The notes under the pieces were generated by a model. The model was not told the origin of the DNA. It saw only the letters and a program-made list of their open reading frames with translations, and did not search any database. The position numbers and the translations under genes were made by a program. Below, piece by piece: positions 39,101 through 52,124 of a stretch of DNA of 64,000 nucleotides (within the stretch, counting starts at the first letter, position 1; every line of letters starts with the position of its first letter). The stretch lies in NCBI GenBank assembly GCA_964270895.1, contig OZ185442.1; one strand, written 5' to 3'. This DNA comes from Podarcis filfolensis (Eukaryota).

Positions 39101-39888
39101 CTGGAAATAACACAAATTCAGCCACAAGCATTGGCCAGAAAGGTAGGCCATTTGTACAAATTTCATGGAAGGAACTGCAGAGCGTGAAGGCAGGGAAGGA
39201 ATGGGGAGCAGTGATCACAGCCTTAACAGAAAGCAAAACCAACGGTATCCTGTGGCATCTTATTGTGGCCTACACTGAGATGGACTGAAGTCCATGTGAT
39301 TTTGCTGCAAGGGACTAGCACGGTGACCCCATGGAAATTGCCAGAAAGTGTCATTCTTGATCTTAACCAACTGCTAGAGCAGAGGATGATGCTGAGAGCC
39401 ACTCCATTCAGTATCCAGAGTGAGCCACAGACTTTTCTGTTGAAGCTGAACATGATGGAGGCTCTAAAATAGCCTGTGCCATGCTCTTTCTAATGCCTGT
39501 GGTGAGTGCCCTGAAGTGGAAAGCATTTAGAAAAGTCATCTGTGGTGTAAAGCTGGGGGTGGGCAACTTTAGGCCCAGGGACCAAATACAGCCGTCTGGG
39601 CCTCTCTATGGACTCAGCTACACATTATAAATGTGACACCAGGTCATGCTGTAGAGTGGATTCCAAAGTCAATGGCACATTGCCTTGGAAGCTCCCCCCC
39701 CCCCAATAGCATTTATTTTTCGATAGCGTTTTTTATATCTGTAAAGATCCCGCCTAAATCAACCTCAAAACTCTCCTCAGGCCACACTTCCCACTGGCCT
39801 TGCGTAGAGTGTTTTGGTCTGCCTTGAGTGTGTCCTTGAACTACAATAAATGTGTCATGCTTGCTTTGATGAGGATAGAGGTGTGTGG

Positions 39889-39930
<42 letters not shown>
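39889..39930. repeat. (GT)n microsatellite
   Basis: Direct reading. Confidence 0.95.
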
Positions 39931-39932
<2 letters not shown>

Positions 39933-40929
39933 GTGTAGAAATTAGCATACTGTACACAGGTTGAAAACTGCATTGGTTGCTCCACCCACTTTTCCCTCTG
40001 GCCATGCCGGCCACTGTCATGTGGCCATCATAAGGTTGCTCAGAAGGGAATGTGAGACCTCGGGTTGGAAAATGTTCCTCACCCCTGGTGTGGGAACTGT
40101 TGAAGGAGTACCAGTGTTGGGTCAGGTTGAGCAGAGAGCGGTGAAGAAGTCCTCCTGAGCAGCTGGCAGCAGCAGCAGCAGGTCACCTGGGCCGGTGCTT
40201 GCCTCTTCTCCTTCCCCAGTTCCCACACAGCTCAGTAGAGATCCCGGAGGGCTGAGGGCAGGCGGGTGGCTGGCCTGTGTGGGAATGACGTCTACAGGAG
40301 CAGAGAGGTGCAGCCAAGCGAGGTTGGATTCCAGGGCTGTGCACTCATGGCTGAACATTGTGCAGATTTGCTAGGGGAGGAGGGGGAGGGTGTCGGGGGG
40401 GTGACAGCGAGTGAGAGAAGGGAGGCCAAATTCCAAACTGGCTAACCAAAATACCTTTAGTCAGTAACTTGGTAAGCTGAAACACTCTTGGGTAATGATG
40501 TGAATTTTCAAACTGAAATATTGCTCGTGCTTTGCAGGCAAAAGGTCCCAGCCTCCACCCCTAGCATCCTCTCTAGGCAGGGCTGGGAATGTCCCCTATG
40601 CCGGAAACAGCTGCTGTCAGTCAGTGTAGACAATATTGAGCTTCATGGACCAGCTGTATGACTTGGTAAAAAGGCAGCAGGTTCCTATGAACTGCATTCC
40701 ACAAAGATGAAATTTTGGTCTCTATGTTCTGCTGATGTCTTGATTCATTTATCAAGTTTTTTTGTTAGGTTGTTTAGACAACAGCTTTGGTGGTCTAAAG
40801 TGCACTCTATCTTATTCATGAAGTGTTATTATTCTCTACTGGCTGGTTGAAGGTAGATGAGTTTGTTGTTGTTGAGCAGTGAGGTAAGAGGGCACCAAAA
40901 TGCAAAAAGTCCACAGGGTATCCTAACAC

Positions 40930-41340
40930 AGGCAAAACACACATAGAGAAAAACAAACATTAACAACAAAATAATGTAAGTTCAACTCAAGGAGCCTCTG
41001 ATAATAAAGTCAAAAGAAAAATAAAAGATGTGTGAATGAAATTGATACAGAGATACACAGGGTATAAAAACACAACTTATATTGTACAATGAAGGAAACA
41101 GAGAAAAAGGTCTTGCTTGTTTACAAATATTTCAAAGGGATTTGCTACCTGTGTGAATTCAATGTCATATATTTATTAAACAACCCCCTCCAAAAGAGAG
41201 GATCTGCATCACCCCTAACTGCTCAAATATTAAAGCTCAGCTTCTCTGAGATAGCAGTGTCAAATTAATAAATGTCTGTAGCAAAGCTAGAAGCCATTAT
41301 TTCAATTCAAGCCCTTTACAAGCTGCTTGGTGGCTTCAAG
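40930..41340 (-). mobile_element. Probable L1/Tx1-like LINE 3' remnant
   Basis: The minus strand gives a degenerate ...FDTAISEKLSFN... followed by a T-rich 3'UTR-like stretch. Family assignment is tentative. Confidence 0.35.
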
Positions 41341-41439
41341 TTCTGTTGAATCATGCTAGAACCAAAAACCCCTGTGGGAGAATGGCTCCTTTCAGTTCGT
41401 GAGGGTTCTGAGAGGTAGGTAAGGTTTATTTGCTTCCTT

Positions 41440-41745
41440 TGTTTCATAAAATGTATACATTGCTTGATTGTAAAGGGGGGGGGGAAACCTATAAAAAGTG
41501 GTTTACAGAAACAACAAATTAAAAAAATAAATCACAACCATACTTTAAAATATACAAAAGTTAAAATACTAAAACAGATTAAAATGACCTCAGCTTTCTA
41601 AGCATCTGGTTAGGCTTGTTTAAACAGGAATGTTTTAGCAGTAATCTAAAAAAGTACAGTGAAGGTGCCGGCGTGATCTCAGTAGACAGGAAGTTCCAAA
41701 GAGCAGGTGTTGAAATGTTCTCTCCCTGGCTTCGGAGTCCCATTG
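41440..41745 (-). mobile_element. L2-clade LINE 3' end
   Basis: The minus-strand ORF reads ...STPALWNFLSTEITPAPSLYFFRLLLK..., homologous to the copy at about 6900. Confidence 0.7.
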
Positions 41746-43674
41746 TTTCAGATTTGGGTCCATTTATTCTTTTGGGTAGAAGCTGACCTGTTTGTCTTTC
41801 ATAGAAAGCAGAAGAGCACTGCGTAGCATGTGAATGAGCCCCAGTGCTCTGGCTGATCTTGCTGCCAGGGTGGGGCGAAGGGGACTGAGTTGGCACCTGG
41901 GCTTTTTGTGGGGTCTTGTCCCTCTGTTGTGGTGTTTTCTGTGATGTAGCCTGTTGCTAGTGAGGAGCTGTTTTTCGGTTAAGCAGTGGCAGGCCTAGCA
42001 TCTAAGGCTGCCTTCCCTAAGGTGATGCCAGCCAACTGTTTCAGACTACAGCTCCCATCAGCCCCATCTTCTGCAGGCTGGGGCTGATGGGAGTTGTAGT
42101 CCGATACAGCCAGAGCTCACCACGTTGGTGAGAAGGCCGTCCTAAGGCCTGTGAAAGGGAAGTATCGTTGTCCCTGGATGGAGGGTAGCTCTCTGGTTAA
42201 AATATGACAAGCTACATAGTTGTGTCTGCTGCTAGAGGGCAACATGGCGGCCTTTCTGGAAACTGTTTTATTCAGCTATTCTGAAACTTGCAGCAGAGGG
42301 AGGGGACCATTGCCCCTTTAGATGTTCTTAGAATCCAACTCCCATCAGCCCCGAGAGTCGATGTGGCCAGTAGTCAGGGGTGACATGGGAGCTGTAGTCC
42401 AGCAACCTCTGGAAGGCTGCAGATTGCCCACAGCCCTTTCATATGCGCATTCCTTGTCTCTACAACATGCTCTGTTTTCGTCATTTCAGCAGTATATTTT
42501 CGGGGAGGGGTAATTTTGTTGGATAATGGGGGATTGGAAATGCTTGCTGATCCACCGCTGGGTGCCCACCTGCCTTCTGCCAACCCTGGCCTGGAGAACT
42601 CAGAAAATGAGGTTGGGAGCAACCATTGTAATAGCAGAGTTGCCCGCGGGTGACTTTGATGGGTGAAGGTTGATGCCTGGCCCATGGCTCATTCTGCAAT
42701 GTAGTTGCTGATCGGGGCAATGAATCTGCTGGTTCTGGGAGCTGAGACACAGGTCTCTCTCTCTTTCTCTCTTTTTCTCTTTCTCTTTCTGGTTGTGTTG
42801 GGTTCTTGTTCTGGCACCAGGGAGTCTACTTTTTAGGTTTATCTTCCCCTTTCTTAGGAAGGGACTGGGTTCCCCATCCTGCAGGCTGTCGTCATGATCT
42901 GGGTGTCAGGGGCAGGACTTAGACTCCATTATGCCCAGTCAGTTGGCGGTGCCTTGTCTGACATCTAAAGACTGAAATAGCCCACGAGGAGGTGACTCGG
43001 TTCATGTGGGCTTTGCGTCTGCTCTTGAATTTACGTGGCATCTGTTGGCCACATCCTCTTCCCACGGCGCATAGAGTGGCACTAGCAAGCGCAGAGGATT
43101 CCAGAGGTTGCATACTGAATTTAGTTGCTCAGAGGTGCTCAGGCTCCTAGTGATGTTCTCCTCAAGGGAGGAAGTAAGTGGGGTTTGACATCCTGGGGGT
43201 TTATGAGGGTAACCTGTGGCTCTTAAATGTGTGTGTTTTGAAATGGCTGAGCTACGGAGGGAGACACCCCTTCTAGCCTGCATGATAAATGGTGTCCTCT
43301 CTGAGCAAGAAGTACTATGGATGACTCAGGGTCTCATGTGTGAGATATTTATACAGATTTCCTTGTTCTACATGATGAAAGCACTGTTGGAACCTCACAG
43401 ACAGGTTTCCTGTAACTGAAGGATTAAAATCCCCTTCCTATTCTTACCCACTGCCTAGTCAATTTCTGTTTGCATTTATGAATACAGTGATTCTGTGGGA
43501 GACCTGGATTTGAGAGCTTAGGGTCCTTCTTTACATTTTCTGGGTTTCATTTTGACTGGGATGCAAAAAAATTTGGGGTGGGTGGGAACTCCCCTGCCCT
43601 GCAAAGTTTTGGACTACAAATCCCATCAGCCCAGGCAGCATGGCCGTGTTGTAATGGGTCAAAACATTTTATGG

Positions 43675-43742
43675 AAATCATAGAATTGTAGAGTTGGAAG
43701 GGATCCCAAGGATCATCTAGTCCAGCCCACTGCAATGCAGCA
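43675..43742 (-). mobile_element. CR1 3' tail fragment
   Basis: ATCATAGAATTGTAGAGTTGGAAGGGATCCCAAGGATCATCTAGTCCAGCCC. Confidence 0.75.
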
Positions 43743-45004
43743 ATATGCAGTTACCCCATACATTATCAGCACCATACTCCTAACCAACTGAGCTAGAGTA
43801 GACACACAAATGGCTGGATTTGGAGGACACCTGATTGGGGAAAGCTGCATTAGGCAGATTCAGAGTGCAGAGGCCTCTCAGTAACAGCCAGCTATGGTGG
43901 TTAAGTGGAACCTCCAGGTTCAGAGGCAACCTACCTCAGCATTCTAGATGCTCGCTCAAACTGGAGGAGGCTGCTTCTTCCATGCCCTGCTTGTGGGTGC
44001 GTCTGAAAATGGCTGGATTCTGGCCACAGCTAGAGATGGCATGACATTCTTTGGTGGACTATTGGTCTGGTCCTAAAAGATCTTTCTCATGTACTTCCTT
44101 TGCAAGCAAGTTTCAGCCCTGGCTCTTTTCATTTTGGAAATGAAGAAAAAATCATGAAAGGCTATATATACATGGCAATTCAGGTGAGCAGTTTTGCTAA
44201 CCCACAGATACAGTCTTGTAGCCCAACACTTCCTCCGGGACCCTTGGGTAAAAGAACGTAATCATGAGGAGGGGGGCTGGATGAAAGTCTGTGGTAAATC
44301 CACTTCTGGTTATGGGTTCCAGAAACAGGCTTACTACTTTTCCCTTGTGATTTTTTTTAAGGAGTGTTCTTTTACTTTAAAGCAGCCTTTGCCAATCTAG
44401 TGCCTTCCAGATGTGTCAGACTAAAAACCACATCAGCCCCAGCATCATATGGGATCTGGAGGGCACCAGTGGCAAAGGCTGCTTTGAAAGTGCATGCTAT
44501 TTCCTCCCAAAAGAGTGCACTTTTCTCCCCACCCTTAGAACACCCCATTTCATGGCTCTTGCAGCCCCACTGCATCTGTCTGTTTTCAAGCAAAGTCATG
44601 GAACCGTATATTTTGTCCATCAACCTCTCTCTCTGCATTAGTCTCCCTCCCTCAAACAAACTATCCGCTATGCAGCTCTGCATACTGGTCCTGAATACAA
44701 GTGGGTCAACCATGCCTGCACTGCTGGCTTGCGGCTTCTCTGTCTCTTCCCTGCTTGTAGTGATAGGTGATGCTTTTGAGGGTTCTCTCAAGCCCCCACC
44801 CTTCCCATCCTATAAATTGCATGGGTTGTCGTTTGGTGCTTCTGCAGTGCCATCTGGCGGACACTGCAAAGAATGGGACAAAAACAGATCACATGCTTTA
44901 CTTAAAAAGAACCGCCAACAGCAAAACTTGCACCAGATCGTATAGTTGATTATATAAGTTGTGTAGATTTGCATGACTACTTTTGTGCATATCATTGGCC
45001 TCTA

Positions 45005-45040
45005 CTAAACAAACAAACAAACAAACAAACAAAACAAACC
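45005..45040. repeat. (AAAC)n microsatellite
   Basis: Direct reading. Confidence 0.9.
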
Positions 45041-47646
45041 TATTCCGTTAAATTTAGGGGAGTGGAGGGGAAGGAACCTTCCAGGGCATTGTATACCCTT
45101 GGAAATAAAACAAAACAGTGAGAGCATCGCCCACAGACTGTTTTCAAGCATGCCTTCATTACCATAAGGGTTAGGAAGTTGCTTGAAAAAGAGGAAAGCA
45201 AGCTAGGATTCTCAGAAAGCTGGAGTTATTATCCAGTGCTGCAATTAGTAGATTTTCTACAATCTTGTAGAATTGTGGTACCCCTTTCCCGAGCATTACA
45301 CCAGAGAAATGAGAAAAGGTAGGCAGTGCCTTCTTTTGTGTCCAGTTACTATGGACTGATATGTACACAAGCCTTTGAATTTCACATAATTGCACCACCA
45401 GTTTACCAATCCAGTAGGACATTCGTCTGTTCATGACTTCTCACATGTTCCTCCTACTGTGTTAGTCATTTGAGGCATGATGATGATCTGAAAATAATAT
45501 GGAATCAGTGCTCTCACAGTTTACCTAAACTTCCCATACTGCCCTCCTGGAGATGTTTCTTATTTTCCACAGTTAAGTAACTGTCTATCTGCACTACTTC
45601 TTTCTGTGTGGAAGCAGTAGTCTCCGCGGAACATCTGTCCTTGATGAGGCCAAAGGCTGCTGCTGCTGCTCTTCCCGCCATCCCTATTAGATTGCACCAT
45701 TGTCCAGTTTCAGGCTCTCCTTCCTTGGGGACGAGTTTCTGATCTTTTTCTGCTCACATGCGGACCTTAAGACCCTCTGTGTTACTGAAGGTGGGTGTCC
45801 CCTGTGAACAGGTTCAATTTCATGAAAGTTTCTGATAGGGCAATCTGTGTCTCCTGGGATACACAAGCAGCCCATGAAAAGCCTTCTCAACAGCAGCATC
45901 CTTTTGACACAAAGGGACTCCCCCGCCCCCCGCCTTGCTGTTCTGGTTGTACGTTTGGATTTGAACTGACTCTGCAGTGGTAATCTTTGCTAAGCAAGCA
46001 GGTACTTCAGGAACTACTTTGGATTCAGCTTCAGGAGTTTGTGGCTTTGTGCAGTTTTTGGATAACTTGAATGACTGGGTCCGATCCCTGGGGATTATGC
46101 TAGGTGCACTTCTGCACTGATAAAACAAAATGCAAATTTTGCTTCAAGGTGACCTGTATTCTCCCATTGGTACAGATGAAGCTAATTAAGCAGACTGGTG
46201 CTCACTTGCTGGTTTTACATAATCTGATACACTTTTGAGTTCCAGGTGTTCAAAAGGCTAGGGATTCCTTTAGCAAGGACTTGAAAAGATACAGATTTTG
46301 CAGCAAACCAATAGACGAAGAAGCTATTTGGAGTAGCAAAGGCCTTTGTAACTATTCTTCCATTCCTTCTTCTCCCCACTCCCTCTCTAACATTTCACTA
46401 CAAGAGCAATGCCTGTCATTGTAATCAGTGTGAATTACAATGGGGCTGGATCTCAAGCATGTACCTCTAGGATTGGGTCTCCTTCCTCTCCTGCCCCCTC
46501 CGATTGGAATTCCCCATCAGTTAGGCAAAGCTGTGATGGGGCAAGGCAGATCACACTATAATCCAGCATATTCAGGACAATCTTGACTGTTGAACCATAA
46601 TGATAGTGGCAGTGGTGGTGATATAATATCTGACATATATTAGCAGTCCCCCTCTCCCCAAAAAGTAACCCAAAGTGCCTTCCAGCATCAGATGAACATT
46701 AGAACCGAATATTAAAACCTGAACTGTTGCAGGCGCTGCCAGCGCCATAGCTGAGGCTGAACGCATGTGAGCAGTTTGGGCAAAGCCGCCTTATGAGTTT
46801 GCGGCCAAGATTTGCACAGGGGATTCCCCACCTCGCACCCACAACCAATCTGCGATGCCCACTTGCAGAGAGCAGCTTCTCTCAGTGGGAGGGTATTTTC
46901 AGTTCTACAGTTTGGGAAGAATATAAAAAAGCAGGATTCGGGCTGGGAGGAGTGGGAAAAGCTGGTTCTTTGCTTGGTGGACCTGTGCTCAACTGCTGGT
47001 AGCTTCTCACTTCTGTTATAAGGCCCCTGATGCTTTGCAAAGTCACCGAGTGGGGAAAGTGTTACTCACCAGGGAAATGTCGAGTAAGTGTGCAGTCTGG
47101 CCTGACACACACACACACACAGACACACACACACTGGTCTGAGCTGAGCCAGAGGGTGACTCAGCTCTGAGAACGGAAGAGACATCTCTTTAAGAATTGG
47201 CATAAAGAGCTGAGAGTTTTGCAGATGAGAGTTCCACAGTAACGGTCTCTTTTGGGAAATGAATAAACTGTGCATTTGTGCATCTTTTAAAAACTCTGAC
47301 TGGAGCATGTGGCAGTTGTGGCTCATTTGTCTTCCATGCACAGGCTGCCTCTTGAAGCATCTGGCACAGAATTTGAATCCCTTAGAAATGTTTATTTTTG
47401 TTTTCTTGTAAGGTAATGTTCCCTAGCTCTCCTTCTTAGGGGAGGATGGGGCAGGACCATGGACTTACGTGCATGTGGGGGTGAATTGGAACGGGGAGGG
47501 CCTGATTCTCACATAATGCTGTGCCAGAGTTTCTTTAAGCTATGGTTTGTTGAACAAACCACAAGCTGCCCCACAGTTGATCCAACAAACCTTGGCTTGT
47601 GTCTTCAAAGTTTGGTGTGTTTTCCGGCTGCTTTTGTAGCTTGGTA

Positions 47647-47874
47647 CAGTGGTACCTCTGGTTGCGAGCGGGATCTGTTCTGGAGGCCCGTTCACAACCT
47701 GAAAAGTGTGCAACCTGAAGCACCGTATCTGCGCAGGTGCGTGGTGTGTCTTGGCACATGCGTGAAGCGCGATTGGCGAGCCCCAGAAGTAACCTTTTCT
47801 GGTACTTCCGGGTCACCGCAGGACGCAACCTGAAAAAAGGTAACATGAAGCAAATGTAACATGAGGTATGACTG
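47647..47874. mobile_element. Tigger-like MITE, second subfamily
   Basis: TA|CAGTGGTACCTC ... GAGGTATGACTG|TA. Confidence 0.9.
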
Positions 47875-48448
47875 TAATTGTCTGGGGTGGGTGAGGTGGC
47901 CAACCAACCTTCCTCAGCTGCGAGAATTGCTATCTCCTGTCACTTTCCCGCAGGGGCTAAGTAATTCCTCAGGACACTTAGACCAAATGCACTGTCTCTT
48001 TTTCTCAAGGGAGCAAAGAAGTTCAATTGCCTGGAAGTGAAAATGTATTTCCCTTTATTCTGGCCTATACACTGTGTTGCTTTCAGAAGGAGTTTAGCCT
48101 TTTTAAGCTCAGTAGACAAGAGTCACCACCCTCCACAATTTCATCATCCGTAGCCAAGCACAGCCCACCTTTGGGGCATGAGACTGGAAATCTCTCTCTC
48201 TGACAGCACAAACCTATTTTTTTTAACCAGTTGATTTCTTTTGTCCCTTCCTTGCCTATTACAGAATATGCTGTACACAGGGACTATAAATAGGCCGGCC
48301 TTCCCCAACATGGCGTCTTCCCAGACATTTTGGACTATAGCTTTCATCAGCCCCAGCCAGCACAGCCAACGATCAGGGTTGATGGGAGTTGTAGTCCAAA
48401 ATATATGGAAGGGACCAGGTTGCAGGGTAGCAGGAGGGGATGGAGGCT

Positions 48449-48957
48449 ACACTAGGATGTTTCACAGGGAACTGGCTAAAATGATGCTTTCCTTGCTTGG
48501 TGGTGTTGGAAGCTGAAGAGGTAACAGGGTTTAGTGAGCAGGAAGAGGCTGTGGCAGAGAGCAGTCCAGAATCAAAGGCAGGAGAGGAGGGGGGGACAGG
48601 AGACAGAGATGAGTAAGGCTGCTGAAGATGCCATGGAGTCTCTCCGTCCTGCTGCAACCAGCTCCCCTCCATCCTTGTCTCCCAGGACCAGAAGAGGTAT
48701 GAAGAGGGAGGAGCAAGGAGAGACAAGACAATGGAGCTGTAGGCTGCTGGGAAAAGAAACCAGGGGAGGCACCTTGGAGAGCTGTGGGAAGGTGGGAACC
48801 TTCATTCCTCGCAACTGCTTCATTGGGGCAAGTTCTACTAGGAAGAGTTGCTGTGATCACTAGACCTGCACTGTTTTGTGTTCTTTTGAATGAAGAGTTA
48901 ACGTCACTGACACAGGATGTTTTATTGCTGGCCTGCCCCTGACTCAAACTTCTGGCA
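48449..48957 (+). mobile_element. Putative solo LTR, same family as 58323-58859
   Basis: Shares GAAGCTGAAGAGGTAACAGGGTT...GAGCAGTCCAGAATCAAAGGCAG...CCAGAAGAGGTATGAAG. Ends are approximate. Confidence 0.55.
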
Positions 48958-49313
48958 GTGCTGTGGGCATGTAGTGGGAGGGAGAGCTTTTGCTCCTCTA
49001 GACAATTTTGAACTGAATTTTTCCTCTGAGGATCATTTGGCTGAGCTTGCACCCTGTCCTTGATGGAACCCATCCCCTTTTAACCTCCTGCCTCCCTTCT
49101 CTCTCTCCTTGCCCAGCAGTAGCCTGTGGTTGTTTGCGTACAATATTCTCTCAAACAGGACGTGTGCAGAGAGCGCCTTGTCCTTCTGCTCCTGGGTGGC
49201 TTCTGGTGGCTCTTCCCTCTCTGTGTGTGTTTCATTTGGACTGTTGTGATGGTTGAGGCTGTTTCAATTGCTCCATTCACAAGAGAGGCTTACTGTATTT
49301 TTAACAATTTCAT

Positions 49314-49395
49314 ATGAAAAAGCAGCAGAACGGGCACAGTGGCCGAGGAAGAAAACTGCACAATCAAGTTTATTTCTGGTTTTTCTTCACAAAGG
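49314..49395 (+). CDS. Candidate phase-1 exon: MKKQQNGHSGRGRKLHNQVYFWFFFTK|(D)
   Basis: 27 codons +1 nt ending at AGG|GTAGGT. A strong pyrimidine tract with CAG lies upstream near 49085-49117. No recognised homologue. Confidence 0.25.
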
Positions 49396-50377
49396 GTAGG
49401 TGGAGAAAAATCCCTCCAGCATGGAGTCCTGGCGCTTTGGAGTGGGGGTTCCCCCAAACTTTTCCACACATGCTTTGAAATATGTGCTATTTTCTTCATC
49501 CTCCCACTGGTCTCTTGAAGCCACAACTCCCATCTGTTAATTCTCTGGGCGAATATTTACACTGCAGAGGATAGAGTAGAGTGACATTATTATTTTAATA
49601 AGTCCACAAACTAACGTGGAAGTTTGGAGAACTGAATTAAGTAATGGAAATATAAAGAACCAAAACGGATAAATTTTCCCATCTGTAGGTGACCCTTTGG
49701 ATATCTTATGTCCCAGGCTCTGAAATGTCTTAAACCACAGACAGTGGAGATGACTGGATTTCCTCTTATCTTATTTTGACCTGAGACCCAGATTGGAATC
49801 AGCCTAAATTAAAAGCAAAGAATCCAGGAAGCCTATGAAAGTAGACTTTTTGGGGTGTACTTGTGGAAGAAATAGCAGCCTGGACAGCAACTCCCCTCAG
49901 CCCCAGTGGGGATGGCAGTGGAGGGCACTCAATTGGGGAAGGCTTTCTTACAGTATCCTGGTATGGGGTGTGGGTGTGAAAATATTGTGCTTGTTTAAAT
50001 ACTACAGTTGGCTTTTATGTAGCGTTTTCAGGATTTTTGCTTTTTTACATATCAGTGAAAACCCCCTTTTGGGAAAAAACAAGAAATGGGATGCACAGTG
50101 TCAGGTTGTCTCTAAACGGAGCCAGTTGGGAACAATCGCCCACTGTCTTCTCCCTTCCCTGGCATGGTGAGCCTGCCCAGTGACCCCAAATGTAGCCACT
50201 GCGAACAAAAGTGCCAATGTTTCCCCTCCGTCCTTGGAAGACATTGACGGCTCTATGGCTTTGCATTTCTGAATAGGAAAGATCAGGATTTCTTAACCTG
50301 TGGGTGCTATATTGGGCCTAAGCATTGAAACTAGGATAATATTATTATTAATATCATTTGTATAGTGCCACCAGTGA

Positions 50378-50421
<44 letters not shown>
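50378..50421. repeat. (AAT)n microsatellite
   Basis: Direct reading. Confidence 0.95.
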
Positions 50422-50423
<2 letters not shown>

Positions 50424-51689
50424 CTCTGCACATAATTAAAATACCCCGAAGGTCATACAACCTACAATTATTTATTAATTTGTTTAGCAAAATGCCTGTG
50501 GGCAAATGGGCATGTGTGGAGTCGTGTGAGTGAAGGAATGGCTTATATCTTGCAAGGGCACCTGTGTGTGCAGCACATCACTATCTCTGCACATAGATGC
50601 TCATGGCATGTACACACACACTGCCTTGGGAACCTTGGGGCTGTCTACTCACACATGGGACAGCCCAACCCCCTGGATGTCTTTGAAGGGACTTTTCTGA
50701 TCCACCTGATGTGAGGTGGGTGGAGGATGGTGACGGCAGAAACGACCCTTTTTGAAAGTGGGACCTCAGCTTTGGTACACTCTCCCCATAGACACCAAGA
50801 GCATAAGAAGTTTCCTGTTTCTGGATCAGGCCAAAAGCCCAGCTTGTCCATTATTGTGTTTTTACAGAGGCCAACCTGATGCCCACATAGAGCTCGCAAG
50901 CAGGACGTGATGAAATAGCACTTTCGGCAGCATGTCTCAAATGCTGCTGCTGGTACACAAACATGATGGCTAGTAGCCATTGATAACGACCCCCATGGAT
51001 TTGTCTGGCACCAGCTCTTCTGTTTCGTAGTGCCAGGCAAAGTCCTTTCTCTTCCCCAGTTCTTTTTAATGCGTTGGTTTAAATCTGATCTTAACAACCC
51101 AGGTCAAGTCACCCAGCGCCAGCAAACTCCCAAAGCCTTAGGGCTTCACTTTCCCCCCTAGGAGTAAATGGTACTCATTTAGTTATGGGAGAAAGTGAAA
51201 AGGACATCATTGTGATGGGGTCTGTCCTTGTTCTCAGCTCCAGGGGCCATTGAGAACCAAGGCTTTGCCCATTTGCATAGCCACACCCCTCATCTGCATA
51301 GCCCAGCCCTCTTGCCCTCCAGCTGTTTTGGACTCAACTCCCATCAGCCCCAGCCAGCACCTACTGAGGTTTGCAATGCAGTGAACTAAAAAAGCACTGA
51401 GCCAACTGGTCTCTCTTTTCCCCCTCCTATCATCCGGAAGGGCTGTATGGGAGGCTGCTCTTTAGGCAGCCTGTCCTGAGCTAGCAGAATCCCTGCTCTG
51501 CCTTGTCTGTCCTGGCTCCTCAAGCAGTGCCTTCCCTGTTCTCTTCCAAACAAGTCTGCTTGGAGAGTGGGCATTCCAATGGGCTTAGGAATGGAAATTT
51601 AAGAGCATGACGCTCTCTCTCTTGAAGGGGGGGGGGGAGAGGCTGAAGTTGGTTCATTTCATCACGTTGGTGGATGCCAAGGAAAGATG

Positions 51690-52018
51690 TTTGAGTCACC
51701 CGGACGCTCATTTGCTCACTTTCTCTGTCCGGAGTCCACTTGCTCCGTCGGGCATTTTTGTTTTGGAAGCAACAGAGGGCAGGCTGTTTCTCCCCCACCC
51801 CATGGGCTGATGAGAGAGGAAGAGAACCCCCCCCCTCCTTCCAGAGACAGCTCTCTCTCTCCTTTCTCGCTCTCGCTCTCTTTCTCTCCTCTGAACTCTG
51901 TGCCTTTGCTGTTCTCGCCCGCCCTGTTCTGTGTGATGCTGTGTCTGGGTGCTTGCGGCCTCAAGTGAGGAATTTAAAACTCGGGATCTGTGATAACGGC
52001 GCGGAAACCAGGAGGCAA
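51690..52018 (+). promoter_or_regulatory. Putative promoter / 5'UTR of the 1b-like exon
   Basis: Locally CpG-enriched, with a CT-rich tract at about 51850-51890, immediately upstream of the ATG at 52019. Confidence 0.45.
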
Positions 52019-52124
52019 ATGCCCCTTTTGAATGGGACTTTCCTGCCACCCACTGTGTTCATCTTGAGTCATGTTCTTGGAGTTGCTGGGATCTTGTATT
52101 GGACGAAGAGCAGGAGGCAGGAAG
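52019..52124 (+). CDS. MACF1: MACF1 alternative first coding exon, plectin-1b-like signal-anchor N-terminus: MPLLNGTFLPPTVFILSHVLGVAGILYWTKSRRQE|(D)
   Basis: 35 codons +1 nt, A at -3 of the ATG, AAG|GTACTG donor, in frame with the 61736 exon. Closely matches my recollection of the human MACF1 N-terminus MPLLDSSYLPPTIFILTHVLGVAGVLYWKR. Confidence 0.92.

Noticed and set aside
43004-43106. MWALRLLLNLRGICWPHPLPTAHRVALASAEDSR as a phase-1 first exon
   Set aside because: The donor GAG|GTTGCA is poor and I recognise no homologue; worth revisiting only if junction reads exist.
43171-43198. MFSSREE|GTAAGT; similarly ATG...CAG|GTGAGC near 44190 and ATG...AAG|GTGAGC near 19665
   Set aside because: Good donors but phase 0, incompatible with the phase-1 common exon; they could only be non-coding or cryptic.
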